Of a stretch of 64,000 bases of DNA, positions 8,362 to 17,313 are shown one piece after another. Each line of letters opens with the position of its first letter. The stretch's first letter is position 1. The notes under the pieces were generated by a model. The model was not told where the DNA came from and did not search any database. It saw only the letters and a program-made list of their open reading frames with translations. The stretch is from Candidatus Doudnabacteria bacterium RIFCSPHIGHO2_02_FULL_42_25 (lineage in GTDB: Bacteria > Patescibacteriota > Doudnabacteria > UBA920 > O2-02-FULL-48-8). The stretch is from assembly GCA_001777665.1 (NCBI GenBank), contig MFEQ01000004.1, forward strand, positions 129,331-193,330, read 5' to 3'. A program made the position numbers and the translations under genes.

Positions 8362-10392
8362 ATGCTCAAAACACCTGTTGAACAACTATATCTAGTCGGG
8401 CCGGCTAGGGCTAAGCTATTCAAAAAGCTTGGAATTTTGACTTTGGAAGATTTGCTTTTTTACTTCCCTCGGGCCCATCACGATCTTTCTAAATTTTCCG
8501 AGATCAAAGATCTCAAAATGGGTGAAATGGTAAATATAAAAGCCAAAATTCTCGAAGTAAAAACTTTTCGGACAAAAGTCAGACGGTTTACGCTAACCCA
8601 AGCCCTCGTCGAAGATGGAACTGATAGCATTGTTTGTATTTGGTTTAACCAGCCCTTTCTGACCAAAATTCTGAAGCCCCATGAAGAATTCGTATTTAGC
8701 GGTAAAACCGTGGTGGCCAAAAACAAACTGCAGCTGCAAAACCCTGTTTATGAACCGGTAAAAACCGAGCAAATCCACACTTCGCGATTGGTCCCTTTAT
8801 ATTCTTTGACCTCGAGTTTGACGCAGAAGCAATTGCGATCAATTATAAAAACTTACTTGGACAAAGTCGTGCTTCCGGATTATTTACCATCTGATATTAT
8901 GCGAAAAGAAAAATTATTTAGCGAAGATCGGGCTGTAAAAACTTTTCATTTCCCCGATGATTATGCATCATTGAAAATGGCCCAGAATAGACTAGCCTTT
9001 GATGAAATATTTCAAACCCAACTCCGGGTTTTAAAATACAAATTCCAACGCCAACAAAAAAATAGTTTCCAGGTAAAAATTCCTGACAATTTAAATGAAA
9101 AAATCGCTTCCCTACCCTTTCAATTAACCGCCGGCCAAACACAAGCGCTAACAGTAATTCTCGAAGACTTTGATAAATCCTTTCCTGCCAACAGGTTATT
9201 AGAGGGCGATGTTGGCAGTGGCAAAACAATTGTCGCCGCACTAGCTTTATGGGTGTTGGCCAGAAACAATCTGCAATGCGTATTGCTCTCCCCGACTGAA
9301 GTTTTAGCCACCCAACACTACCAAACGCTGTTGAAATTTTTTGAAGAAGATGGTATTAACGTAGCCTTGCTTACCTCTACACAATCTCGTATAAATAATA
9401 ATCCGGTGACGAAAGCAACTCTGATATCCCAAATCAAATCAGGAACAATCCCGATAATCATCGGGACTCATGCCCTGCTAGAGAAACAAGTTAAATTTAA
9501 AAAACTGGCGATGATTGTGATAGACGAACAACATCGATTTGGAGTGGAGCAGCGGTCAATTCTTAAATCGATGAGTAACGCCCATTTACTTACCATGAGT
9601 GCCACCCCCATTCCTCGGACTTTGGCTCTGACTCTTTATGGTGATTTGGACTTATCAATTTTAAAAGAATTGCCTGCTGGTCGCCTTAAAATAGTTACTA
9701 AAATTGTCGCAGAAGAAAACCGAGCCAAGGCTTATAAATTTATTTCAGATCAGATCGAATCTGGCAGACAAGTGTTTGTGATATGTCCCCTAATTGAAGA
9801 GTCCGACAAGCTCGGTGTAAAATCGGCAACTTCAGAACATAAAAAGTTGTCTGACCTATTTCCACAATTTCAAATTGGTTTACTGCATGGCAAACTCAAA
9901 CCCGCCCAGAAGGAATCGGCCATGCAAGATTTTAAGGATAATAAATTGCAGATCCTGGTTGCTACTTCTGTGATCGAAGTCGGAGTCGATGTGCCGAATG
10001 CCAGTGTGATGATGATCGAAGGGGCGGAACGATTTGGGCTGGCCCAACTTCATCAATTTCGGGGACGCGTCGGGCGAGGTGAACATAAATCATATTGCTT
10101 CCTTTTTTCTGATGACCCACAAGCCTTAAGCAATCCGCGTCTGAAGGCTATTGAAGAAAACAGTAACGGGTTTGAATTGGCAGAAAAAGACCTGCAAATT
10201 CGAGGCAGTGGCGATCTCTATGGCACCAAGCAGAGCGGCTATGACTTCAAAATTGCCACTCTCAACAACTTAGACCTAGTCGAGCGGACTCGAGGCTATG
10301 CCGAGGAATTGCTGTACCAAGACCTAAATTTGAATCACTATCCCCTTTTGAAACAAAAAATCGAAGCAAAACCTCTGGTGCACTTGGAGTAG
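8362..10392 (+). CDS. recG: ATP-dependent DNA helicase RecG
   Basis: N-terminal wedge/OB domain, helicase motifs (GDVGSGKT, DEQHRFG, QFRGRVGRG). The start at MLKTPVEQ is chosen because the longer ORF overlaps tRNA-Arg. Confidence 0.9.
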   Translation: MLKTPVEQLYLVGPARAKLFKKLGILTLEDLLFYFPRAHHDLSKFSEIKDLKMGEMVNIKAKILEVKTFRTKVRRFTLTQALVEDGTDSIVCIWFNQPFLTKILKPHEEFVFSGKTVVAKNKLQLQNPVYEPVKTEQIHTSRLVPLYSLTSSLTQKQLRSIIKTYLDKVVLPDYLPSDIMRKEKLFSEDRAVKTFHFPDDYASLKMAQNRLAFDEIFQTQLRVLKYKFQRQQKNSFQVKIPDNLNEKIASLPFQLTAGQTQALTVILEDFDKSFPANRLLEGDVGSGKTIVAALALWVLARNNLQCVLLSPTEVLATQHYQTLLKFFEEDGINVALLTSTQSRINNNPVTKATLISQIKSGTIPIIIGTHALLEKQVKFKKLAMIVIDEQHRFGVEQRSILKSMSNAHLLTMSATPIPRTLALTLYGDLDLSILKELPAGRLKIVTKIVAEENRAKAYKFISDQIESGRQVFVICPLIEESDKLGVKSATSEHKKLSDLFPQFQIGLLHGKLKPAQKESAMQDFKDNKLQILVATSVIEVGVDVPNASVMMIEGAERFGLAQLHQFRGRVGRGEHKSYCFLFSDDPQALSNPRLKAIEENSNGFELAEKDLQIRGSGDLYGTKQSGYDFKIATLNNLDLVERTRGYAEELLYQDLNLNHYPLLKQKIEAKPLVHLE

Positions 10393-10421
10393 TTGACATT
10401 AGGCAATGCTGGCGGTAAAAT
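10393..10421 (+). promoter_or_regulatory. Near-consensus sigma70 promoter TTGACA-17nt-TAAAAT abutting the recG stop codon
   Basis: Read directly. A palindrome GGTCACG-ATCTC-CGTGACC follows at about 10434-10452, before the SD AAGGAGG. Confidence 0.6.
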
Positions 10422-10469
10422 TATCCTGATATAGGTCACGATCTCCGTGACCGCACCAAGGAGGTGCAT

Positions 10470-10658
10470 ATGCCCCAAGCGACTTCAGCGCCAGCAACAC
10501 GTCAGGATATCCACCAGGCAACAGTGTTTTTGTGCCTGAAGGGTCTTCGAACACGGCGACAAGCCGAACGCTGGATGAAGCGCAATCCCCACGACCCAAG
10601 TCACGCCACGGTCAGCCAGGCGAAAAAACTGGCATTCGATCGCAACCGCCGCGGGTAG
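10470..10658 (+). CDS. Small basic protein (62 aa), unknown function, in the GC-rich island
   Basis: SD AAGGAGG 5 nt upstream of ATG. GC3-rich codons unlike the flanking genes. MPQATSAPATRQDIHQATVFLCLKGLRTRRQAERWMKRNPH... Confidence 0.5.
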   Translation: MPQATSAPATRQDIHQATVFLCLKGLRTRRQAERWMKRNPHDPSHATVSQAKKLAFDRNRRG

Positions 10659-10747
10659 CAACAATGTCCCGGCGTCCGAGACCACCGCCTTGCTAGTCTC
10701 TGCAACGTCCACTCGATTTATCAATACGACGTCGTAGGAGAACAGCA

Positions 10748-10942
10748 ATGCGAGCATTTACTCTTCGTGAACCGATCACTGCCAGAGAAAAAGAAAACGG
10801 AAACCAGGTCTGCCTGACCAGGGCAACGGTCAACGGCAAACTGGTGCTTTCTCAAGGACACACGATATTCCGACCGATCGACCATTTCGAGCTCAGTCGG
10901 CGTGACCTAACTTCTTTGCAGATACAGGCGTCGAGCGCGTAA
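10748..10942 (+). CDS. Small protein (64 aa), unknown function, second ORF of the GC-rich island
   Basis: SD AGGAG 7 nt upstream of ATG. Same strand and composition as ORF A. MRAFTLREPITAREKENGNQVCLTRATVNGKLVLSQGHTIFRPIDHF... Confidence 0.5.
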   Translation: MRAFTLREPITAREKENGNQVCLTRATVNGKLVLSQGHTIFRPIDHFELSRRDLTSLQIQASSA

Positions 10943-11081
10943 CCTAGGTATTTCGGTGGTCAAAGTTAGGGATGTTTCCCACATCCAAGATGATGGACTT
11001 CCGAAGGACCAAAGGTCTCACGGGGCTGTTCACATAGCGGCAGACTAACTTCATCATTTTTCTGCGCCAGCAGCGAACAGT

Positions 11082-11120
11082 GGGATTGACGATCACCGCG
11101 ATCGTCAATCCCGTTTTTTT
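11082..11120 (+). terminator. Strong intrinsic terminator GGGATTGACGATC-accgc-GATCGTCAATCCC followed by T7
   Basis: Perfect 13-bp stem followed by TTTTTTT. Composition drops to AT-rich immediately after it. Confidence 0.85.
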
Positions 11121-11128
11121 ATGATAAA

Positions 11129-12118
11129 TTATTTACTTATTGAATAAAGTCTATTATTTGATTTGTCGACGAAGTAAACCGTGTTCCCTACCAAGAGCAT
11201 GATCTTAGTCTCAATCCTCTTACCAGGGTCGAAATAGATCTCGCTAGTATTAGTAGTCAGATCAATTTTTTTAAACAACCCACTGACATTAGCATAAATT
11301 AACTTTCCACTGCTATCTGCAACGAGTTGATCTAATGAAGTATTTAAATTCAAATTAGTTATTTGTTTTTTTGTCAGATCATAAAGGTAAATAGAAGTAT
11401 CCGTGGAGTATAAAAATTTATCAGCTGCAATCCATTTCGCGGATATATTTTTGCCCTGATCGACTAAGGTCGTTATCTGCCCAGTTTCCAAATTTACTGA
11501 ATAAATTTTGTTCGTGTCCCCCACAATATTTGACCTATAGATTAAAGCGGTCTTGCCGTCTGGATCGGGTTTTATAACCAAATCAGGCCAGAACACTGGA
11601 GTGATAGTTTTAAATCCCGACCCGTCAGCGTTGGCCATAGCCAATGAACTGGATTTATCTGTAGCTTCCCAAATATAAATAATTCTTTTGTTGTCTGGAA
11701 GCCATGATAAATATCGAATATTTTTTGGTAAATTGATATAAACCTTAAGCTTGCTATCGTAGTAGCTTTTTTGAATTTCCAGGTCTCCTGAAATCGTGAT
11801 AAAATCCGAACCTTCATTCGGCCACAAAACGGTACGCAAACTCTTTCCTGGTAAAATAGGAATTGAGGCTTCAGAGAGACCGGTCGATTTGACTTCAAAC
11901 AAATGACCATCTGAATTAAAGTACCAGATGACGTTATTCGCTCTGTCTGTTACTGGCGAAATTACTTCCTCTTCAGAAATTTGCTTAATTTGAAGCACCG
12001 GTACTATTTTTTCAACTTCCTTCTCTCGTTGTTTTTTTGTCGCATAATAAAGCACACCTCCAGCAACGAAAATTAACAAAATAATAATTGCGATTAAAAT
12101 AAAAAATCGTTTTCTCAT
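11129..12118 (-). CDS. Membrane-anchored TolB-like beta-propeller (PD40 repeat) protein; last gene of the secretion locus
   Basis: N-terminal TM segment (FFILIAIIILLIFVAGGVLYY). Repeated ADGSG/DPDGK motifs typical of PD40 propeller blades. Start set at MRKRFF to avoid overlap with the upstream gene. Confidence 0.5.
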   Translation of the reverse strand: MRKRFFILIAIIILLIFVAGGVLYYATKKQREKEVEKIVPVLQIKQISEEEVISPVTDRANNVIWYFNSDGHLFEVKSTGLSEASIPILPGKSLRTVLWPNEGSDFITISGDLEIQKSYYDSKLKVYINLPKNIRYLSWLPDNKRIIYIWEATDKSSSLAMANADGSGFKTITPVFWPDLVIKPDPDGKTALIYRSNIVGDTNKIYSVNLETGQITTLVDQGKNISAKWIAADKFLYSTDTSIYLYDLTKKQITNLNLNTSLDQLVADSSGKLIYANVSGLFKKIDLTTNTSEIYFDPGKRIETKIMLLVGNTVYFVDKSNNRLYSISK

Positions 12119-12119
12119 A

Positions 12120-13013
12120 TTATGCGCACCCCACAACAATATCCCAGTGATTTGATTCACGTGCATAAACTGCCCCAGAACTGTTCGTATATAGAGCTGC
12201 CCCATCACTAGCTCTAGCGCCACTGGGTTTGAAATTTGACGTTATATAAGTATTCACATTCGCTGTATCATCGATATCAATTTTAAAACCATTGGCATGA
12301 CTACAAGCCCCAGGTTCGTGTCCAGGTTCAGTGCCTCCTGTTACGACTATACTGCAGGAAGGACAAACAGTTTTCAGTGCTATAACTTCGTCAACGGTTG
12401 CGCGATTTATTCCCACCAGACATGTTTGTCCTGGAGGATTGGCAACCAATGTTGTTACATCAGTACAAACTTTATTTATCGGTATGCCAGCCACGCTGAA
12501 CAAATTTCTGGCTTCGAATTCAGTGAGTTTCCCAGTTACAGGAGGTGAGAAACCGCCACCGCCGCCACCGCCGCCGCTAGAAGAATCGCTAAGGTCGAAA
12601 GGTTCACAAAAATCTCCCAGGCCAGCAAGCCAACCAAGGTTGCTCAAAGTATTCACCGCGAACCCTTTTAATCCACCTTGGTTACAATAAGCTACTGTGG
12701 TGACTGCAATAAACATTAACAGTCCCATGAATAAGCCAATGCCTACTAAAACCGCAAGTGCTGTACCCCAATAAGGAGCAGTCGCCGCAATCGCACTTTT
12801 TGCAACCCCTTTTACGGCTTCCTTGCCAATCTGTTTCGCTTTGTCTTTAGCTGCATCGAGGATAGGATTACTAGGGCTGTTTTGATTTTGATTCTGCTGT
12901 TGTGAAGCCTCTTCTTCTGCTCTTCTTTCTTCCTCAAGTCGCTGTTGCTGATTGAAAGCATCTAAATCATCTTTAAACTCCTGGTCTTTATTTTCATCAA
13001 CTGCGTTGGCCAT
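12120..13013 (-). CDS. Membrane protein with Gly8 linker and Cys-rich C-terminal domain (possible cell-wall-active domain), secretion-locus associated
   Basis: TM segment ALAVLVGIGLFMGLLMFIAV, then GGGGGGGG (about 12553-12578), then a C-terminal domain with about 8 Cys. Confidence 0.45.
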   Translation of the reverse strand: MANAVDENKDQEFKDDLDAFNQQQRLEEERRAEEEASQQQNQNQNSPSNPILDAAKDKAKQIGKEAVKGVAKSAIAATAPYWGTALAVLVGIGLFMGLLMFIAVTTVAYCNQGGLKGFAVNTLSNLGWLAGLGDFCEPFDLSDSSSGGGGGGGGFSPPVTGKLTEFEARNLFSVAGIPINKVCTDVTTLVANPPGQTCLVGINRATVDEVIALKTVCPSCSIVVTGGTEPGHEPGACSHANGFKIDIDDTANVNTYITSNFKPSGARASDGAALYTNSSGAVYARESNHWDIVVGCA

Positions 13014-13016
13014 TTG

Positions 13017-14846
13017 TTATTGTCCTTGGGATTTCAGCTGCTTTTTGGCTTCTTCAATTGCCAAAGTTTGTTTCGGATCAGTGGTTATGATCTGATCTTC
13101 GATGTATGAAGCAATGATTTTTACTGCTACATGCTTCATACCGGCAAAGAAAATACCTTCTCCGACATCAGATTCCAACAGCAAATACTTTTCCCCATCA
13201 GTCAGATGGAAAGCCCGAGTAACTTCGTCGATTGCTGCTGGTGATTGCTTCAGTAATAATTGAATAGACGAGTTGTTCACGATTGGAGCACCATAGGGTG
13301 ATCGTAAAAAGTCGGAAACGTCTTGGGTGATCGTCGTCAATCCTAAATAGTATTTTCTGGCTCGTTTAGCCATGTTTGATAAAAACTGGCCAGAGTCTTC
13401 GTGCTGCATCATCCACCAGGCTTCGTCGATAACTAAAATACGTTTCTTCAAACTTGACCTGACCACATTCCAGATATAGTTCAAAATAACATAAATTGCG
13501 ATTGGGCGTAGAGTGTCTTCTAAGTCTCTGACTGAAAAGACCACACATTGATTATTTAAATTGATATTGGTGGGCTGATTGAAAATCCCAGAAAAAGTTC
13601 CAGCCGTATACTTGGTTAATCTTTGCGCTAAACTCTCCCCACCGACCATACCACCCAAAATCTCGACTAAATCCTGCATCAATGGTGGCTCTACATTGCT
13701 CAAATTTGAATTAGCACTGATATCTTTTTTGGCATAAGTTTCCCAAATCGCCCGATCCATGATCGCCTCTTCTGTGGGATCTAATTTCCCTAGCATCAAA
13801 TTCATGAGACCCAAAAGGTTAATCACTGCAGAGCGCAAAATATCTTCGTTCGACTCCCCTTCTACGCCTGGTGGCAAATCAAATGGATTAACTCTGGAAT
13901 CAGAATTTAGCGAAATATCCAGGAATGATCCGCCGACTGCGTCCGACAAATGCTTGTATTCATTTTCTGGATCGATAATGATGACATCGGTGCCAATCAT
14001 CATGGAACGCAAAATTTCCAATTTCACGGCATAACTTTTTCCACTTCCAGATTTCGCGAATACTACTGAATTGGCATTTTCCATTTGGAACCGATCAAAC
14101 AAAATCAAACCATTATTATGTCGATTGATGCCATACAATATCCCGTCGTTTGAAGTCAATTCAGAACTGACAAATGGAAAAGTCGTAGACAGTGGTTCAG
14201 TGTTCATGTTCGTAGCGACTGCCAGTTCGTCATTGCCCAGAGGCAGAGTAGAATTAAAACCTTGCTCCATTTGGAGTACTGCCGGTTTGGCTACGATTAA
14301 TTTCGAACCCAAAATAGATTCCAAGGTTGCAGTAACTTGGTCTAATTCTTTCTGGTCATTTCCATAAAGCGTAAAGTAGAGAGAAAAACGAAAGTAGCGC
14401 TCCGTCCCCTGCTGCAGACGATTCCGTAAACCCTCCACATCTTGAAACGCAGTTTCGAGCATCGGGTCACGGACATTGCCTTTTTCCTGACTCATGCGCA
14501 TCGATGATTCGAGCTGCCCAACTTTATTCCTTAATTTCTTCATAATCTCGCCAGTATCCATGGAATAAATAAACATCGACATATCCATCGGTACATCCAA
14601 ACTAATAATTGAGGACAGCCAATCGACAGAAAGAAATCTTGGGTAAGACAAAACAAAGAATGAACGGGCTAGTTTGCCGGAAACCTCCACAGAATTAGTG
14701 TTAACACGAAAGGCCGCCGGAGCAATTATATCCCGAAGTGTGTTTAACCCCTGCTTATACTCTTTTTCTTTCTGCAGAACTTCGCGCTGTAATTCCCGCT
14801 CCGGACTCGATCCTTTATTTGTCATTGGTAGTTTGAAGTTTGGCAT
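13017..14846 (-). CDS. VirB4/TrbE/TraC-family type IV secretion ATPase
   Basis: Walker A AKSGSGKS, Walker B ILVIDEAW, overall CagE/TrbE/VirB4 architecture, about 610 aa. Confidence 0.85.
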   Translation of the reverse strand: MPNFKLPMTNKGSSPERELQREVLQKEKEYKQGLNTLRDIIAPAAFRVNTNSVEVSGKLARSFFVLSYPRFLSVDWLSSIISLDVPMDMSMFIYSMDTGEIMKKLRNKVGQLESSMRMSQEKGNVRDPMLETAFQDVEGLRNRLQQGTERYFRFSLYFTLYGNDQKELDQVTATLESILGSKLIVAKPAVLQMEQGFNSTLPLGNDELAVATNMNTEPLSTTFPFVSSELTSNDGILYGINRHNNGLILFDRFQMENANSVVFAKSGSGKSYAVKLEILRSMMIGTDVIIIDPENEYKHLSDAVGGSFLDISLNSDSRVNPFDLPPGVEGESNEDILRSAVINLLGLMNLMLGKLDPTEEAIMDRAIWETYAKKDISANSNLSNVEPPLMQDLVEILGGMVGGESLAQRLTKYTAGTFSGIFNQPTNINLNNQCVVFSVRDLEDTLRPIAIYVILNYIWNVVRSSLKKRILVIDEAWWMMQHEDSGQFLSNMAKRARKYYLGLTTITQDVSDFLRSPYGAPIVNNSSIQLLLKQSPAAIDEVTRAFHLTDGEKYLLLESDVGEGIFFAGMKHVAVKIIASYIEDQIITTDPKQTLAIEEAKKQLKSQGQ

Positions 14847-14847
14847 T

Positions 14848-15540
14848 TTATTTGTTTATATCCAGTTCCTCGACACTTTTAATTTTTATTGGGGCCGCAC
14901 TATCCATATTGTAACTATTATAAACCAGCTCAATTAATTCTTCGGTGTTCAAGGCAATAGTTTTTAAACCCATAGAACCCAGGGTGTTCGTAACTTGACT
15001 GATCCGCTTCTGAAGTTCTTCGCGAGCCTTTTCAAATTCCCGACTTTTCACAGAAATCTCCCGCACCGGATTTAGTAAATTACTAATCTGTTGAAGAAAA
15101 CCAGTTTTCACTGCGGCAGTGCCGAGTGGGATAATGATGTAGAAGGTCTTGTTCATAATGCTGGCAAACTCAATAAGTTTACCGACGTATTCGATATATT
15201 CCTGCGTCTGCATACGTAACAGTTCGTTCGTCTGCTGCTGCATGATCCCATGCAAACGATCGAGATAGGTGTTGATCTCTAATTTTCTCGATTGCATCAA
15301 AATCTGAATTGGAAACTCTAATGCATTTAAGAAATTTTGATAACTTGCAATAATCGCATTTTGTTCATCAATGCTCTTCAAAGAAAAATTAGTCGAAGAA
15401 ACAACTACCACTGCGCGCAGTGAACCGTCGCGCATGATGATCGTGCCCTCTTTGATTTCGGAAATATCCAAATACGCCTGCGTGGACGCAGTTGGTTTAT
15501 TTCCAGAAAGCGAGCCTGATTGCATTTCGTTTTTAGCCAT
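14848..15540 (-). CDS. Hypothetical protein, secretion-locus associated
   Basis: ORF immediately upstream of virB4 with a 1-nt gap. No recognisable motifs. Confidence 0.4.
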   Translation of the reverse strand: MAKNEMQSGSLSGNKPTASTQAYLDISEIKEGTIIMRDGSLRAVVVVSSTNFSLKSIDEQNAIIASYQNFLNALEFPIQILMQSRKLEINTYLDRLHGIMQQQTNELLRMQTQEYIEYVGKLIEFASIMNKTFYIIIPLGTAAVKTGFLQQISNLLNPVREISVKSREFEKAREELQKRISQVTNTLGSMGLKTIALNTEELIELVYNSYNMDSAAPIKIKSVEELDINK

Positions 15541-15972
15541 CTATTCTTTGTTTAAAAGTTGCTTTTCTTCAGATGTCTTTTGATCTAACAAATAAGCTAA
15601 TTTTTTTAACCGACTTTCGCTGGCAACATCAGTTTTCGGGGCTACAGGCTCTTCTTTTTTTTCAACTTTAAACGTCATGTTGGTATTCAGTTCTTCTCGT
15701 TTGAAAACTCTGACTTGCGGCTTTAAATAAAAACTAATAAAAGCTGGAAAGTAGCTAAGCATGGGTAACCCGTTAAATTTCCCGAATGCCATAAGTAACC
15801 CGAGAAGACCTATTGGAATAGCAAAAAAGAAAAAGAACACTGACAGCTTAAGCAGAGAAAAAAACATCAAAATCAATCCACCAGTCACGAGCAGGACTAA
15901 AAATTGCTTCAATGTTAAAGGACCGATCAGTTTATCTTCAACGTCAGTGAATTGTGGGACTCCAAACTGCAT
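15541..15972 (-). CDS. Small two-TM membrane protein (VirB3/PrgI-like position)
   Basis: Two hydrophobic helices. Its position before the virB4-like gene matches VirB3-like proteins. Confidence 0.4.
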   Translation of the reverse strand: MQFGVPQFTDVEDKLIGPLTLKQFLVLLVTGGLILMFFSLLKLSVFFFFFAIPIGLLGLLMAFGKFNGLPMLSYFPAFISFYLKPQVRVFKREELNTNMTFKVEKKEEPVAPKTDVASESRLKKLAYLLDQKTSEEKQLLNKE

Positions 15973-15983
15973 AGTATGCGATC

Positions 15984-16024
15984 CGAATCTACGAATTCCA
16001 TGCGAATGACACGAATATGCGAAT
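15984..16024. promoter_or_regulatory. Five phased CGAAT copies (8-11 nt spacing) 12-52 nt upstream of the 15972 start codon
   Basis: tcCGAATc, taCGAATt, tgCGAATg, caCGAATa, tgCGAATt read directly from the sequence. Confidence 0.5.
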
Positions 16025-16129
16025 TTCTGTAGATTTTTTTGTTTCTAAATGATTAAACTTGATAATATTATAACACAAGTGGCACTGAAAGGCAAAATTT
16101 GTCCATTCTTTGTCACTGATGACAATGCG

Positions 16130-16567
16130 TTAGTGTATAAAATTCCGCAGCCATTTCGTCCAGCCTTCGCCTTCATCTTCCCAAATTGACCAAAATCGGG
16201 CAGGGGTCACAATCTTTACCCCTTTAAATTTCTCTACTTTCAATAGATGCTTATCCGACGTAACCAAAAAATCAGCTTCCGAAGCAACTGCTGATTCCAG
16301 AATTTTATTATCCTCTCTATCCTCTACAATATTTAGATGCACGGAATTCTCAATTGGCCTAACTAACTCAAAAAAATATTCTAGTTTTTTTTGAAAACCC
16401 TCATCAAGAATTTTTTTATCGGCCAGAAATTTATTTTCTCTCAAAGTTGCCTTATTCGCGTAAGCTTCTATCCGGCCTGCTATTACCAAATCTAAAATGC
16501 GGTTGGCATAATGGTAAAAATCTTCCGAGGCATCGATAAGCGCATTGGTATCTATAACAACTTTCAT
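16130..16567 (-). CDS. PIN-domain nuclease family protein
   Basis: N-terminal VVIDTNALIDA and C-terminal DFLVTSDKHLL, both PIN-type motifs. Confidence 0.6.
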   Translation of the reverse strand: MKVVIDTNALIDASEDFYHYANRILDLVIAGRIEAYANKATLRENKFLADKKILDEGFQKKLEYFFELVRPIENSVHLNIVEDREDNKILESAVASEADFLVTSDKHLLKVEKFKGVKIVTPARFWSIWEDEGEGWTKWLRNFIH

Positions 16568-17313
16568 AGAGTAACAGAATTCTTATCTTTCTTATCATCC
16601 CTATCGTCCTTATCATCCCTATCATTCTTATTGTTCTTATCATTCCTACTTAACCTATTATCCTTCAAAAATTGCTGCAACCATTTTTCTCCTTCATCAA
16701 TTTGTTTTTGTCTCTGTTTAATTTTGCTAGCTACCGTTACCTCGTCTGATTGGCTATAAGATTTTTCAACAGCACGTAGTTGTTGATCGACCAAAAAAGC
16801 AGCCTGATGAATCAAGCAAATCACACAATTCGCCGCTTTTTCCCGGTCATTTAAATAGGATAAATAAGGATAATAAGTCGGATAGGTCCGATAGGTCGGG
16901 GAGTTATCATCCTTATTGTCCCTATCATCTCTATTGTTCCTATTATCCCTATCATTCTTATCTTTCCTATCATCCTTATTATTCTTATTGTCCTTATAAT
17001 ATACAATCTTTCTCACTGCTATAGATTCGGGATGATTTTTGTCCCACTGATTCAAATTTCTCTGCCTCAAAAAGTCCTCATAATCCCCTAAAAGTTCGCC
17101 CAAGGAAAATCTTGATGCGCCAAGCAAATTAATTTTAATTTTTTCTGAGGTTTTATTTTCTGATGCCTCGACAATATTTTGTTTCCCGTCGCGAGCAGCG
17201 CCAATCATTTGGGTGGTAATTTTATGGTTGGTAATATATTTTTGACAAAATTCCACAGTGTAATCATAAACAATTGTTGCTTGCTGATAAGATTTTAAAT
17301 CTTTATAGGACAT
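16564..17313 (-). CDS. Four-helix-bundle protein (TIGR02436-like) with long low-complexity K/D/N/R extensions
   Basis: N-terminal 90 aa resemble the four-helix-bundle family (MSYKDLKSYQQA...QMIGAARDGKQNIVEASE...INLLGASRFSLGELLGDYEDF). Two K/D/N/R tracts are encoded by the 9-nt repeats. Confidence 0.5.
   Translation of the reverse strand: MSYKDLKSYQQATIVYDYTVEFCQKYITNHKITTQMIGAARDGKQNIVEASENKTSEKIKINLLGASRFSLGELLGDYEDFLRQRNLNQWDKNHPESIAVRKIVYYKDNKNNKDDRKDKNDRDNRNNRDDRDNKDDNSPTYRTYPTYYPYLSYLNDREKAANCVICLIHQAAFLVDQQLRAVEKSYSQSDEVTVASKIKQRQKQIDEGEKWLQQFLKDNRLSRNDKNNKNDRDDKDDRDDKKDKNSVTL

Noticed and set aside
8106-8395. ORFs 8106-8330(-) and 8135-8395(+) and the 5' extension of recG
   Set aside because: They overlap tRNA-Arg (8244-8318). 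recG begins at the internal MLKTPVEQ.
10399-10757. Minus-strand ORFs of 66 and 90 aa antisense to the GC-island ORF A
   Set aside because: They lie antisense to the SD-led plus-strand ORFs, have no RBS and are typical GC-rich frame artefacts. The plus-strand genes explain the region better.
10393-11120. Tested whether the GC-rich island is a structured RNA gene (RNase P RNA, tmRNA, group I/II intron, rRNA fragment)
   Set aside because: No P4 GGAAAGTCCGG-type motif, no tRNA-like ends and no intron domain V-like hairpin. The strong SDs and clean ORFs favour protein coding.
14674-14937. Plus-strand 87-aa ORF and other short ORFs nested antisense within virB4 and neighbouring secretion-locus genes
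   Set aside because: They are fully contained antisense to well-supported long minus-strand genes.
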